Source of the DNA: a virus
Length of the DNA: 64,000 nt
IMG/VR virus record: IMGVR_UViG_3300042509_001112
Location: 33,847-97,846 of that record
Reading direction: 5' to 3' (one strand)
Each line of letters begins with the position of its first letter. Position 1 is the stretch's first letter. A model generated the notes under the pieces. It was given only the letters and a program-made list of their open reading frames with translations. It was not told the DNA's origin and searched no databases. Positions 17,518 to 28,715 of the stretch are shown in pieces. The position numbers were made by a program, and so were the translations under genes.

Positions 17518-18669
17518 ATGACTGAAAAAAACGAATTATTTGAAGGGTTAGGGTCCTTTCTTTTAAATCAAGATTCTGTAAGTGTTGATTCTTTAGAAGG
17601 TGCTAATACACCACCTGCTGCTGAAGAAGAAACTACTACTACAGAAACCCCAAATGCTAATGTTGTTACGCTAGATGAATTAGAGGCAGATCTAGCTGGA
17701 CAAGCAGAAGAAACTAGTACTGAAGAAACAACTGTTGAATCTACAGATGATATAGATGATTCTGAAAAAGTAACTACTGAGTCTAAAGACTCAACAATCT
17801 ACAAAACTTTATCTGAGTTTCTTAAAGAAGAAGGTATAGTTGATGAAGTGTTTGAAGATAAAGATTCATTATTTAACTACTTCAAATCAGTAGCTGAGAA
17901 TGAAATAAAAGAGTGGAGAAGTAATTTACCTGAAGAGATTACAACTATTATTGAGAACTATGAACAAGGAGTACCTTTTGATGAGTTGCTTAGTATTACT
18001 TCTAATCAAATTAGATTAGATTCAATTGATGATGAAGTGTTATCTGATAATCTTGAATTACAAAAAAACCTAGTTAGAAATTATTACCTTAATAAAGGTT
18101 TTAATGAATCTAAGATTGAAAAGATGATTAGTAAGTCTTTAGAATTAGATGAACTAGAAGAAGAAGCAACTGAAGCTTTAAGTGAACTTAAAGAATTAGA
18201 AGCTCAAAGATTAGAAGAACTAAAAGAAAGAACTAAACAAGAACAAGAAGAACAACGTCTTGCTTATGAACAAACTATTAATAACTTGAATAACACTATT
18301 AAGGAAACTAAAGAAATTATTCCAGGTATTAAACTTGATGATAAAGCTAAGAAAGATCTTTTTAATATGATTACAAAACCTGCAACTCAAAAAGATGGTG
18401 TAAACTATTCTCAAGTAATGTTGCTAAGAGAGAAAGATCCTATTGGTTTTGAAGTAAAACTTAATTATTATGCTAAACTAGGATTGTTTGATGAAAACCC
18501 TAAGTTTGATTTAATAACTAAAAAGAGTGAAACTAAAGCATTAAATAAACTAGAAAAACAATTAGAAGAAGATTTAAAATCAAGAATCAACAAATCTAAT
18601 GCTAATTCTAGAAATTCTGATGATAATTCAGATGTACTTGATGCTTTAAAAACAGTATTTAAAAAATAA
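17518..18669 (+). CDS. Acidic scaffold-like head protein preceding MCP
   Basis: Very acidic coiled coil; conserved position in crAss-like phages. Confidence 0.65.
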   Translation: MTEKNELFEGLGSFLLNQDSVSVDSLEGANTPPAAEEETTTTETPNANVVTLDELEADLAGQAEETSTEETTVESTDDIDDSEKVTTESKDSTIYKTLSEFLKEEGIVDEVFEDKDSLFNYFKSVAENEIKEWRSNLPEEITTIIENYEQGVPFDELLSITSNQIRLDSIDDEVLSDNLELQKNLVRNYYLNKGFNESKIEKMISKSLELDELEEEATEALSELKELEAQRLEELKERTKQEQEEQRLAYEQTINNLNNTIKETKEIIPGIKLDDKAKKDLFNMITKPATQKDGVNYSQVMLLREKDPIGFEVKLNYYAKLGLFDENPKFDLITKKSETKALNKLEKQLEEDLKSRINKSNANSRNSDDNSDVLDALKTVFKK

Positions 18670-18702
18670 AATTAACCCTTAACAATATAAATTTTAAAAT
18701 TA

Positions 18703-20196
18703 ATGAGTCAAATTATTAACCAATTGCAAAAATTTAGTCCTAAGGATTGGAGTGGTTTAACCACAAAAAATCACATTGGGGCTATGTATGGTGAACAACC
18801 TATCATGGTGTCTGAATTGATCAGTAATATCTACGATGTTAATCTAGGATTAGATTTCGATAGATTTATGGAACAATTTGAAACTATGGAAATTGAAAGA
18901 GATGCTCCTTTTGAATGGATGCTTAACTCTCAATCACCTTTCAAAAACATTCCATTACTTGCGTATTACACTGATGTAGCTTTAACTAGTCCTGCTACAA
19001 GTGCTACTCCTGGTATTGGTAATTCAAGTTTTTACTTGGAATTTCCTGATCGTATTTTTGAGTATTCTGATGTAATTGCTCCTGCTAGCTATGCAAAAGA
19101 AACTTATCAAATGCGTGTTATGTCTGATCCTAAGCCTAATGGTGCTAACTGGTGCTATGAAGTAGCTTTAGTATCTGGTGATGCTAACTTGTTTGTTCCT
19201 GTAAGTGAACTTACAAATGGTGTACGTTTTGTTAAAATGTATGCTTTAGCTGAACAAACTCTTTCTCAACGTGGTTCTAGTTCATTGAACTTCAGTTCAC
19301 CGTTTAGAATGCAAAATCGTTGCTCATTCATGCGTTCTGAGTACTTAGTACCTGGTGATATGATTGATCAAAAAGAAAATGCTCCACTTGGATTCTTCTT
19401 TGTAGATGCTCAAGGTAAACGTCATACTACCTGGTTAGGTAAACTTGACTACGACTTTATGGTATCTTGGAAGAGAATGAAGTCTATGGCTCAGTTGTAT
19501 GGAAAATCTTTGAAAAACTCTCAAGGTTCTTACACCATGAAGGGAGATTCAGGATATGAAATCAAAACTGGTTACGGACTTTTGGATCAAATTTCTCCTT
19601 CAAATGTACACTACTACACTACATTTAATATTGATGTATTAAGTGAAATCTTAATGAGTTTATCAGTAGGTAAACTTCCTGAAGATCAACGTAGATTTGT
19701 ACTTGGTACAGGTGAGTATGGTATGCGTCAGTTCCACAAAGCTGTTGAAACCAAAGCTGTAACATTTGCTCCTTCAAGAGAAGAAATTCGTATTGGTGGT
19801 ACACTTACTAATATGAGTTATGGAGGTCAATTTAAGAAGTATTCATTTATCAATGGTATTGAAATTGAATTGATGCACATTCCTTTCTTGGATGATCCTA
19901 GCTTGTGTGCTATTCAACATCCTGATGGTGGTATCTTAAGTTCATATGAATACTTAATTCTTGACTTTGGTACTTCACAAGGTAAACCAAACATTCAAAA
20001 AGTAACTGTAAAAGGTTCTCAAGATGTTTACAAATACATTCCTGGATTGCGTGATCCATTTAGTCCATCTAATAGTGGTACTAAACCTGGTATGACTGTA
20101 TCTAAGGTTGATGGTTATGAAGTAGTTCGTGCTTGTACCCTAGGTATTAAAGTACATAATCCAATGAGATTAGCTCGTTTCATTCCTAATCTATAA
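18703..20196 (+). CDS. Major capsid protein
   Basis: 497 aa; WSGLTTKNH N-terminal motif; highly expressed codon bias; followed by a terminator. Confidence 0.9.
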   Translation: MSQIINQLQKFSPKDWSGLTTKNHIGAMYGEQPIMVSELISNIYDVNLGLDFDRFMEQFETMEIERDAPFEWMLNSQSPFKNIPLLAYYTDVALTSPATSATPGIGNSSFYLEFPDRIFEYSDVIAPASYAKETYQMRVMSDPKPNGANWCYEVALVSGDANLFVPVSELTNGVRFVKMYALAEQTLSQRGSSSLNFSSPFRMQNRCSFMRSEYLVPGDMIDQKENAPLGFFFVDAQGKRHTTWLGKLDYDFMVSWKRMKSMAQLYGKSLKNSQGSYTMKGDSGYEIKTGYGLLDQISPSNVHYYTTFNIDVLSEILMSLSVGKLPEDQRRFVLGTGEYGMRQFHKAVETKAVTFAPSREEIRIGGTLTNMSYGGQFKKYSFINGIEIELMHIPFLDDPSLCAIQHPDGGILSSYEYLILDFGTSQGKPNIQKVTVKGSQDVYKYIPGLRDPFSPSNSGTKPGMTVSKVDGYEVVRACTLGIKVHNPMRLARFIPNL

Positions 20197-20206
20197 TTTA
20201 AAATTT

Positions 20207-20240
20207 AGTAGGGTGGGTTTTTACCCACTCTACTTTATTT
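20207..20240 (+). terminator. Rho-independent terminator
   Basis: AGTAGGGTGGGT-TTTT-ACCCACTCTACT followed by TTATTT. Confidence 0.8.
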
Positions 20241-20276
20241 ATATAAAAAGAAACAAATTAATTATATATAAAAACT

Positions 20277-21131
20277 ATGGGGATAGTAGAAAAAGAACCT
20301 GTCACAATTGACAGTATTTTAAAAAACAAAAAGATTTTAGTAAAACCAATTCTAAGAAATAATGGTAACTTTCCTAAAGGACATGACGGAGAGTTTATGT
20401 ATACTGATACAGTATGGTCTACAGATTTAAGACCTGAACCAGGTACAACCAGATATAAATCAGTATTGTCTGAACCAGAAAGAAAAGCATTTGAAGATGC
20501 TCTTAATCTTGAACCAGGTAATATGTCTTTTTATAAGAAGAATGGATTTTGGTCTACATTTAGAGTTAAACTAAATAAAGAAGGTAAGACTTTAGATTTA
20601 AATGACCCACTTCAATACTTAGAATATTTAGTATTAAAAAATGATAGAAGGATTGCTTCTAATTGGAATACTAAATATGATAGTGGAGAATACAAGTTTG
20701 CTTTAGTAGATGAAGATGAAACTATTAAAGATAATATAACTAAAACTGAAATTAATAAGAAAGCTTATAAGTATTTTGGTAAGATTGAAGATTCTGTTGA
20801 AGAAATGGCTATGGTAATTAGATTAATTACTAATAGAATAGTTAAGAATAGTGATGTAGAGTTTTTAAAATCTGAAATACAAAAAATAATTGATACAAAT
20901 ATTAAAGGATTTGTTGAAATTATGGAAGATAAACACTTTGCAACTAAAGCATTTATTAGTAAGGCTGTTGATGCTAAAGCAATTGATAGAACTACTAAAG
21001 GTGGTTATTCTCTTAAAGGTGGAGATGAAATTGGTAGAACTTTACAAGAAACTGTAGAATTCTTAGAATCTCCTAAAAATCAAGACATCTATTTGAAGAT
21101 TAAAGCTCAAATAGAAAACAGTAAAAAGTAA
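20277..21131 (+). CDS. Conserved crAss-like protein downstream of MCP
   Basis: 284 aa; LDLNDPLQYLEYLVL motif. Confidence 0.7.
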   Translation: MGIVEKEPVTIDSILKNKKILVKPILRNNGNFPKGHDGEFMYTDTVWSTDLRPEPGTTRYKSVLSEPERKAFEDALNLEPGNMSFYKKNGFWSTFRVKLNKEGKTLDLNDPLQYLEYLVLKNDRRIASNWNTKYDSGEYKFALVDEDETIKDNITKTEINKKAYKYFGKIEDSVEEMAMVIRLITNRIVKNSDVEFLKSEIQKIIDTNIKGFVEIMEDKHFATKAFISKAVDAKAIDRTTKGGYSLKGGDEIGRTLQETVEFLESPKNQDIYLKIKAQIENSKK

Positions 21132-21196
21132 TTTATTAACCTACTTAGGAGTGAAACAATTAAACAGACCCTAAGTTAATATATAATTAAGTAGCA

Positions 21197-21913
21197 ATGA
21201 CAAAACAAGAGTTCTTGAACAACTTTTATCTACAATTTGATAAATTAGCAAGTCAAGCTTTGCCAGGTTATGAGCCTGCCGAAATTTCAGCCATGGCAAC
21301 AGAAGCTCAAGAACTCTTGGTTGTTACTTATTATACAGGTAATAACTCTACTGGAAAGTCTTTTGAACAGACTGAAAAAAGAATACAGGACTTAGGTGAG
21401 TTAGTTAAACATGCAATGCTAACACCACTTCCTTATAATCCTCTACTAAATATGCCTAATGGTGTATTTGTAGAGCTACCTAATACACTATTAGATAATC
21501 CTACAGATTATTCTGATGTTCACTGGTTTACTGTATATGAAGAAGTATTAACTAGTGATAAGTGTACTCCTCGTAAGTATGTTTTAGAGATTAATCATAA
21601 CGAATATGTTAGAGCTCTAGACAATCCTTACAACAAACCTAATAAAAACAAAGTTTGGAGGATGAGAATTGAAGGTAGAAAACATGAATTAATTACAGAT
21701 GGTTCTTATAACATACAAAAATATGTATTTAGATATGTTAAGAAACCTAACCCAATTGATTTAACTACTAATTTAAATGATCAAGTAAGTCAACTATCTG
21801 ATCATATTCATAGAGAGTTAGTTAGAAAAACTGTAGAAATAGCTGTTAAAGATATTGAAGCTTATAATAGAATGCAAGCTGAGATTAGTACAAATAACAC
21901 ATACAGGGAATAA
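21197..21913 (+). CDS. Head-tail adaptor / ring protein
   Basis: 238 aa; YVKKP...HRELVRKTVEIA pattern. Confidence 0.6.
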   Translation: MTKQEFLNNFYLQFDKLASQALPGYEPAEISAMATEAQELLVVTYYTGNNSTGKSFEQTEKRIQDLGELVKHAMLTPLPYNPLLNMPNGVFVELPNTLLDNPTDYSDVHWFTVYEEVLTSDKCTPRKYVLEINHNEYVRALDNPYNKPNKNKVWRMRIEGRKHELITDGSYNIQKYVFRYVKKPNPIDLTTNLNDQVSQLSDHIHRELVRKTVEIAVKDIEAYNRMQAEISTNNTYRE

Positions 21914-21993
21914 GCTATAGTTACACAAATTAATTCTTTAAAAATAACAATAACAAATCAATTTATTAATATATTAATTAAAAAATCAAAGAA

Positions 21994-22428
21994 ATGTCTT
22001 TAAACAAAATTTCAAGTGCAAATAGAGCTGAAGTAAGAAGCTCATTAGATGAAGCTCTACCTGCTGTAGGTGGTGATGTTAATCCAATTGTAGATTATAT
22101 CAACAATAGTTTTACACCAAGCACGGTTACTCAAGCTACTAGTATTACTACAGGAGTTACTTTAAACTCTAAATCTGGAGTTATTACTACAGTATCTACT
22201 ACATTAGCAGCTGGTGCTTCAGCTAGTGCTTTTACATTAACAAACTCTACAATAACTTCTAGTTCTGTTATTTTAACAAACTGTGAACAAGGAGCTACAG
22301 GTTCATCTGTAAATGCTTTAGTTAGTAGTATTGCTAATGGAAGTTGTAATATTACATTAACTAATGTTGGTGGTACTACTACAGGAGCAGCTACTGTTAA
22401 AATTCACTTTTTAATAATTAACAATTAA
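21994..22428 (+). CDS. Structural protein (head fibre or decoration-like)
   Basis: Thr/Ser-rich beta protein, VTQATSITTGVTLN. Confidence 0.55.
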   Translation: MSLNKISSANRAEVRSSLDEALPAVGGDVNPIVDYINNSFTPSTVTQATSITTGVTLNSKSGVITTVSTTLAAGASASAFTLTNSTITSSSVILTNCEQGATGSSVNALVSSIANGSCNITLTNVGGTTTGAATVKIHFLIINN

Positions 22429-22466
22429 TTAATCAAATTATTTATAAACATTAAACAAATTAAACA

Positions 22467-23840
22467 ATGTCATTACAAAACGTAAGTAATCACAAACAAT
22501 TACTCATAGGTAAAAATGCCGCTACTAATCCAACAGCAGGTCAAGTAGCTAGCCCAAGTACTCTTGCTGATGGGGCTGTAGCTCTTACTACAATGGATGG
22601 AGTTATTCTTAGTAGTACATCTGCAGATGATGTAGCAAGCACTACTCCTGTAGTATTAGTACAAGGTCAAGGTGCTAATAAACCTTTAATTAAGTCTGCT
22701 CCTTTTACAAGAGAAAGTCTTCTTTCATGGAAAGCTAAAAAATTTGCACCTGCTGCTCAACAAGTATCAACTGTAGGTTACAATGGAACCTCTGGAAATA
22801 TTGTTAATCCTGGTGTAGGTACTAGTATTATTTTGCGTAATACTTTTAAAACTAACTTCTATCAATTTAGTGATAAATTAATGGAGTCTATCGTTGGTTA
22901 CAAAGTAACTGCTGCTGATACTATTTTTACATTAGCAGATGCTCTAACTAAACGCGCTATTCAAGATGTACAAAAATATGTAAATATTCCTTATAAAGTA
23001 GAAAGGTTATTTAACGGTACTAGAACAGCTGCTACTGCTGCTACTACTGGTACTAGTAGATCTATTGTGGTTGTTGCTGCTGGTACTCCAGTTGTTAGTA
23101 TAGCTGCTACAAATGCGTCATCTGTAGTAACTTTATCTGTAGCTACTTCTACAATTTCTTCAGTTAACTTTGTTGCTGGTGATTATATTGAATTAGCAGG
23201 TAAAACATATAAAATTGTTACTGTAGGTGCCACTGGAGGTGCTAGTATGTCTTTAACATTAGATGTAGCTTACCAAGGCCCAACAGCTACTATAGCTGCT
23301 GCTAATATAAAATTCTGGAACGGTACTCCTGATTACACAGCTTGCGGTATTCAATTTACAGGTCTTCCTCAAACTAAATTTGCTCCAAATATCTTCCGTT
23401 ATGAAACTTCTAAGTTTGTAACTACTGCAACTAACTTTAGTACTACTGAAGTAGTTAATGCTGCTACAGTTCCAACTGAAGGTTCTGGTGTATATGAGCA
23501 AATTGCTGAAGAAGAATTCTTCTTCCAATTGTTTGAAGGTATGCATGATGCTAACTTGATTCAGGTTCCTCCTGTAACAATGCGTTCTAATGTTGAACTT
23601 ACTGGATACTACTCAATCATTGATCTTGAAGTAGCTACTCAGTCTGGTACTATGAGCTTTATTAATAATCCAATTGCTCGTAAACAAGTTAGACTTGCTG
23701 TTAATGGTGGTTCTATTACTGGTGGTACACCTGTATCTCCTTCAAGTACATCTGCTGAATTAACTTATATTGCAGCTGTATTAGATGCTTTTATTACTGC
23801 AGGTACTACTTCAACTCCGTTGACTACTCAGTTAACCTAA
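22467..23840 (+). CDS. Abundant structural protein (auxiliary capsid-like)
   Basis: 457 aa, Ala/Thr-rich, MCP-like codon bias, followed by a terminator. Confidence 0.55.
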   Translation: MSLQNVSNHKQLLIGKNAATNPTAGQVASPSTLADGAVALTTMDGVILSSTSADDVASTTPVVLVQGQGANKPLIKSAPFTRESLLSWKAKKFAPAAQQVSTVGYNGTSGNIVNPGVGTSIILRNTFKTNFYQFSDKLMESIVGYKVTAADTIFTLADALTKRAIQDVQKYVNIPYKVERLFNGTRTAATAATTGTSRSIVVVAAGTPVVSIAATNASSVVTLSVATSTISSVNFVAGDYIELAGKTYKIVTVGATGGASMSLTLDVAYQGPTATIAAANIKFWNGTPDYTACGIQFTGLPQTKFAPNIFRYETSKFVTTATNFSTTEVVNAATVPTEGSGVYEQIAEEEFFFQLFEGMHDANLIQVPPVTMRSNVELTGYYSIIDLEVATQSGTMSFINNPIARKQVRLAVNGGSITGGTPVSPSSTSAELTYIAAVLDAFITAGTTSTPLTTQLT

Positions 23841-23861
23841 TAACAACTTTTAAATTTTAAT

Positions 23862-23898
23862 AAAAAGGCTATGGCTAGTTATAGCTGTAGCCTTTTTT
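23862..23898 (+). terminator. Rho-independent terminator
   Basis: AAAAAGGCTATGGCTA-GTTA-TAGCTGTAGCCTTTTTT. Confidence 0.85.
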
Positions 23899-23912
23899 AA
23901 TATAATTAATCC

Positions 23913-24482
23913 ATGGCTTTACAATTAAATATAAATATAACTGAATATATTAATCAAGAATGGTTAACTTTTAAAGAGTTAACTGGTCTATACTCTTTAG
24001 CTAATACAACTGGTTGGGGTACTCCTAATCCAGCTACTGGTTCAGCTACTGCAGCAACTTTAGAAATGCAAGATATTAATGGTAACAGTTTAGGAATAGT
24101 TGATGTTTTTACTTACTTTCCTACCTCTGATACTAATTTTGAATTAAATATACTAGCAAGTGATTTTAATGGTAACACAACTAAGTTTAATGATGGTGTA
24201 TATCAATTTATTTATAGAGTAGTTACTCCAACTGGTAACTATGAAAAACGTATTTGGATAGTATTTAAATGTGCTGCTGAGTGTAAAATGCAAAACTTAT
24301 TATTAAAGCTTGTACAAGATTTTTGTGATACTTGTGAAGATGATGGTAGTGTATTAAAATATACTCAAGCTAGAATGATTTTAGATGCTGCTGAGAGTGC
24401 TGCTCAATGTGGAGATATTATTAGAGCTAGTTCTTTAATGGATATGTTCAATAGATTAAAGATTGAATATTGCTGCGATTAA
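23913..24482 (+). CDS. Tail hub / structural protein
   Basis: 189 aa; DGVY motif; Cys-rich C-terminus (EYCCD). Confidence 0.55.
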   Translation: MALQLNINITEYINQEWLTFKELTGLYSLANTTGWGTPNPATGSATAATLEMQDINGNSLGIVDVFTYFPTSDTNFELNILASDFNGNTTKFNDGVYQFIYRVVTPTGNYEKRIWIVFKCAAECKMQNLLLKLVQDFCDTCEDDGSVLKYTQARMILDAAESAAQCGDIIRASSLMDMFNRLKIEYCCD

Positions 24483-24515
24483 TAGATTTATAAACAATTT
24501 AATATAATATATAAA

Positions 24516-25505
24516 ATGAGTTGCAACGGATGTGACGAAATAATAACAACTGGTAATCAAGGTTATGATGGCTGGAGTCCTGTATTAGCTTTAAGTGAAG
24601 ATTGTGCTGGTAAAATAGTACATAGACTTATTAGCTGGATTGATGGTACTGGTACAAAACCTGATTACAATAGTAATATAATGACTGATGCTTGGTTATT
24701 AGTTAATCCTATTTATTTAAGTGCAAGTGGATTTACTGATGACTGTGATCAAGCTGTTAATTTACAACCTAGTAATGGTACTAACGGTACTAACGGTACT
24801 AATGGTACACAAGGACCTCCTGGTGAAGATGGTTGTACTCCTGAAATAAGTTTTACTGCTATTATAGTAGGAGAAGTAGAAAGTACTCCTTTAACAGTAG
24901 TACCTACTAGTGATGTACCTTGTGCTCCTAGTTTTGAAATAGAATTTCCTGAAGAGTTTTTTACTAGTGATACTGTAGTAGACGCTGTAACAGGTAGTGA
25001 AACATTTACTACTGCTGTAGAAAATGCTGTTGATGGTGTACTTAATGTAACACCTATATCTGTACCTGTAACTATAAGTACAGGTAGTTCTACTTTATTA
25101 CAGTATGATAGTAGTGGAAATGGTATTGATCCAGCTCCAACTCTTTCATTATATACTACAGCTGGTAATAGTTGGTTTGATTATTATATAATAGGAAATC
25201 AAATGACTATTCAGTTTAGATTTGTATTATTTAGTAATTATTCAGGTACAATAAAATTACATGTAAAAATTCCAGCAAATAAAACTTCTTTATTAGGTAC
25301 TGGAACTCCTATAATGATGAATAGAGCTACTAGTGAATTAAGAGTTCCTCAAATAAGTGATGCTTCAGATGTTGGACCAGGATGGTTAAGAATAAACGAC
25401 AGATATGATAATAGTTCAACATACCGTTTTTGGGTTCCTCAATCTGTAGCACCAAGCCAATCACCAATAATTATTGCAGGTACGTATACTTTTTTAATAA
25501 ATTAA
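24516..25505 (+). CDS. Fibre-like structural protein with a short collagen-like repeat
   Basis: NGTNGTNGTNGTQGPPGEDG, encoded by a 9-bp tandem repeat. Confidence 0.6.
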   Translation: MSCNGCDEIITTGNQGYDGWSPVLALSEDCAGKIVHRLISWIDGTGTKPDYNSNIMTDAWLLVNPIYLSASGFTDDCDQAVNLQPSNGTNGTNGTNGTQGPPGEDGCTPEISFTAIIVGEVESTPLTVVPTSDVPCAPSFEIEFPEEFFTSDTVVDAVTGSETFTTAVENAVDGVLNVTPISVPVTISTGSSTLLQYDSSGNGIDPAPTLSLYTTAGNSWFDYYIIGNQMTIQFRFVLFSNYSGTIKLHVKIPANKTSLLGTGTPIMMNRATSELRVPQISDASDVGPGWLRINDRYDNSSTYRFWVPQSVAPSQSPIIIAGTYTFLIN

Positions 25506-25506
25506 T

Positions 25507-26433
25507 ATGGAAATAAATATAAATTTTTCGGGTGCTACTATTAGTTTAACTAATGCTATGGAAAGTGTTCCTTTTATAATAACAGGAACAGGTACATTAA
25601 CTTCTAATTATATAATTACTACAACAGGTTCTTTTGATGAAGGATCTACATTCACTTTTTATTATAAAGGTGTAGTTGATAAAGCTACTTATAATTTTAA
25701 TATATTAGGTACTAATCTTAGTTCTGCTCAATTAAATAGAGAATCTACAATAGTAGCTGTTTATAATGGAGTTACTTGGGATGTTAATCTTTATATTAAT
25801 GCAGTTAATGATAACTGGATAACTTCATCTATAGCTGGTACTTGGCAAAATATACCTTATGATGATGGTGATATTATTAACTCTGGTTCAACTACAGGTA
25901 CTTATACAAATACTACTGGTACTGAAGGTGCTAACTATTTAGGTCAGTGGAAAGCTTATAAAGCTAATGCTGCTAATTATTCTAATTCAGTTCCTTCAGC
26001 TAGAAGATTAAAATATAGAAAAAACTTAGATGGTACTGTACAAATTATGGGTCATTTAAGAAAGCAATTTGCTGTACCTGCAGCTACTACTAGTATTAAA
26101 TTAGATAATAGTTTATACTCTAATACAATTACATCTCCTGCAGCTATAATTATGGATACTAAAGTATTATGGTATTATCAATTACCTAGTCCTATATTAG
26201 ATTTAGGAAGTAATTTAGTACAAATATTACCTTGTGATTTATATGTAGAAGATACTACAGCTGATAATAATGATGTGTTTAGCAGTAATGCTAAAATATG
26301 GATAGGTCAAGGTACTTTAATAGTTCATAATTCATTTTTAAGTTTATACTCAGCTGCTACTATTACAGGATTAACAGCTAGTAGAAATTATACTTTATCA
26401 GCAATTATTAATGCGTCTTATATAGATCTATAA
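25507..26433 (+). CDS. Tail fibre-like protein
   Basis: Beta-rich; LKYRKNLDGTVQIMG. Confidence 0.55.
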   Translation: MEININFSGATISLTNAMESVPFIITGTGTLTSNYIITTTGSFDEGSTFTFYYKGVVDKATYNFNILGTNLSSAQLNRESTIVAVYNGVTWDVNLYINAVNDNWITSSIAGTWQNIPYDDGDIINSGSTTGTYTNTTGTEGANYLGQWKAYKANAANYSNSVPSARRLKYRKNLDGTVQIMGHLRKQFAVPAATTSIKLDNSLYSNTITSPAAIIMDTKVLWYYQLPSPILDLGSNLVQILPCDLYVEDTTADNNDVFSSNAKIWIGQGTLIVHNSFLSLYSAATITGLTASRNYTLSAIINASYIDL

Positions 26434-26434
26434 C

Positions 26435-28402
26435 ATGCAAAGAATTAACTTTACAGAATCTACTTTAAATACATTAAAGAAAACAGCTAACTGTTCATTT
26501 GCTAATGCTGTATACAAACTTACCATGAAGGCTCAACAAGGTCTTAAGTGTGATGATTTGTATAAGAAATCTGTGCTTATGAATGATGTTAATAAGATTC
26601 TTTGTAATTATAAGTTAGATACTTGTATATCATTTCATCCAGCTTTAGAAGGAGGAACTAATACTTGGACATTTGGTCTTGGTAGTTTTACTGGTACAAT
26701 ATCTTATTATCTTAATATAGATGGAGTAAATGTTTTTATTGGAGCAGGTAATTCTGCTGCAAACATTGTAACTGATATAATTAATAATAGTGATGGTACA
26801 GGTGTTACTGCTAGTTTAGATGGTAGTTATATTACAATAACAAGTCCTGTAGGATGTTTTGTAGAAGAAGATTTAACATCCATTAAAACACCTGCTGGTA
26901 CTATACCAGCAACACCACTAGTATTTTTAGCTAGCAAATGTGCTCAAGAAGAAACTTGTATAGATTATACAGAAGAACAACTTAATTGTATTACTCCACA
27001 AGATTTACAAGTATTATATGAGTTTACTCATAAATATAAAGAAACCTTAGCTAAGTCTACTAAAAAGATATCTAATCCTAGTTCTAATACTAATACAAGT
27101 AATTCAACTGATTGTTGTACTTGGGGTAGTATAGGTGGTAGTATAGGTAATCAATCTGATTTGGTTAATTATCTAGCTACTGTTGAAAAGAATATGATAT
27201 CTGTTAAAGATGAAGGTACTGAGATAACTGGTGATGTTAAAAGTATTAATTTTGTTGGAAGTGGTGTAACTGCTGCTAGTGTTAATAGTAATGTTACTGT
27301 TACTATACCTGGTGGTGGAGGTGGAAGTACTTTTGAATGTTCTGATTTAGTAGGTTGTGATGTTAGTCTATTAAATAACGATGCTGGTTATATTACTGAA
27401 GTTCCTAAATATACTGTTGACAATGGATTAACTGAAAGTCCTGCTAATAATTTTCAATTGGGAGGTATTTTAATTCAAAATACTACTATTGATACTGATA
27501 CTAATGAATTATTAATAACAACTAGCACATCACCAAGTGCTCCTTTAGCAGTAGAAAATCTTAATTCTGATGACTCTACTGATGTAGATGGTATTGATGT
27601 TTACTCAGAAGTTGGTGTTGCTGGTGTATTTGAAATAAATCATTATAGTGATTCTAATATATTTCCAGTATTAGAACTTAAAAGAAATAGCTCAACTTCT
27701 TCTAGAAACTATGATGGTTTAGGTGGAGCTATTGATTTTTATTTAAGAAAAAATGATGGAACTTATACAGGTTATCCAACCGCTAGAATAGCAGCTAAAT
27801 GGCTTGCTTCAGCTACCACTGATAGTCAAATAGAATTATGGGCACATTCTAATGGATTTCAAAAAAGAATTGCTACTTTTAATATTGATACTACTCCTAG
27901 ATCAGGTCAAATAAACTTTGAAGAATATGGACTTGGTAATTTTGCTGTTAGTAATCCTGATTATTTATTAGCCGTTAATGGAGCTGGTGATATTATAGAA
28001 AGTGAAAATGTTGTTAAAACTTTTAAAAGAATAATAACAAGTGCTGAATTAGCATCTGTTGGTGCAAATCAAATAATAGCTGCTCCTGGTGCTGGTAAAG
28101 CAATAAATGTTATTGAAGCTAGTATTAAATTAGATTATAACGGTATTGCGTATACTCCAGTACTTGCTGGTATTGGTACTACTGGTGGTGGTTTATTTGG
28201 AATACCAACATCATTTTTTACAGCAACAAGTAATCAATTTGCAAAAATGTATGATATTAATACTTATCAATATGCTGATAGTACAACTTATATATCTAAC
28301 TTAGTTGAAAATTCACCTATAAATTTTACAGTTGTAACACCTTCTAGTGTTGGTAATAGTACTATTACAGTTTATGGTTTATACAGAATAATAGATTTAT
28401 AA
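26435..28402 (+). CDS. Tail fibre / hub protein
   Basis: 655 aa; WGSIGGSIGNQSDL and SINFVGSGVTA fibre motifs. Confidence 0.6.
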   Translation: MQRINFTESTLNTLKKTANCSFANAVYKLTMKAQQGLKCDDLYKKSVLMNDVNKILCNYKLDTCISFHPALEGGTNTWTFGLGSFTGTISYYLNIDGVNVFIGAGNSAANIVTDIINNSDGTGVTASLDGSYITITSPVGCFVEEDLTSIKTPAGTIPATPLVFLASKCAQEETCIDYTEEQLNCITPQDLQVLYEFTHKYKETLAKSTKKISNPSSNTNTSNSTDCCTWGSIGGSIGNQSDLVNYLATVEKNMISVKDEGTEITGDVKSINFVGSGVTAASVNSNVTVTIPGGGGGSTFECSDLVGCDVSLLNNDAGYITEVPKYTVDNGLTESPANNFQLGGILIQNTTIDTDTNELLITTSTSPSAPLAVENLNSDDSTDVDGIDVYSEVGVAGVFEINHYSDSNIFPVLELKRNSSTSSRNYDGLGGAIDFYLRKNDGTYTGYPTARIAAKWLASATTDSQIELWAHSNGFQKRIATFNIDTTPRSGQINFEEYGLGNFAVSNPDYLLAVNGAGDIIESENVVKTFKRIITSAELASVGANQIIAAPGAGKAINVIEASIKLDYNGIAYTPVLAGIGTTGGGLFGIPTSFFTATSNQFAKMYDINTYQYADSTTYISNLVENSPINFTVVTPSSVGNSTITVYGLYRIIDL

Positions 28403-28403
28403 T

Positions 28404-28715
28404 ATGAGTAATGATATATTATTAAACATAAAAAAGTTATTAGACTATCCTCAAGCTCTTGGTAATGAAACAATATTATTAGGTACTGGATATATATCTT
28501 TACTAACTGTACCTGAAATTGCTAACTATGCAATTATGACAATAGATAGTGGAGAAGGTAGAGTATGGTGGACTGGTACTAATCCTAGTGCAACTAGTGG
28601 TTTATCTTTACAAGCATTTGATGTTACAGGTAGACAGAATCTGCTTAACTTTAGAGCTATTGGTACAATAGGTACACCTTTATTAAATATTCAATATTTT
28701 TACTTACAAGCATGA
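28404..28715 (+). CDS. Small structural protein
   Basis: 103 aa in the fibre cluster. Confidence 0.6.
   Translation: MSNDILLNIKKLLDYPQALGNETILLGTGYISLLTVPEIANYAIMTIDSGEGRVWWTGTNPSATSGLSLQAFDVTGRQNLLNFRAIGTIGTPLLNIQYFYLQA

Noticed and set aside
9896-20196. Introns or inteins in TerL, portal or MCP
   Set aside because: ORFs are continuous and of normal length, with no intein or homing endonuclease motifs seen
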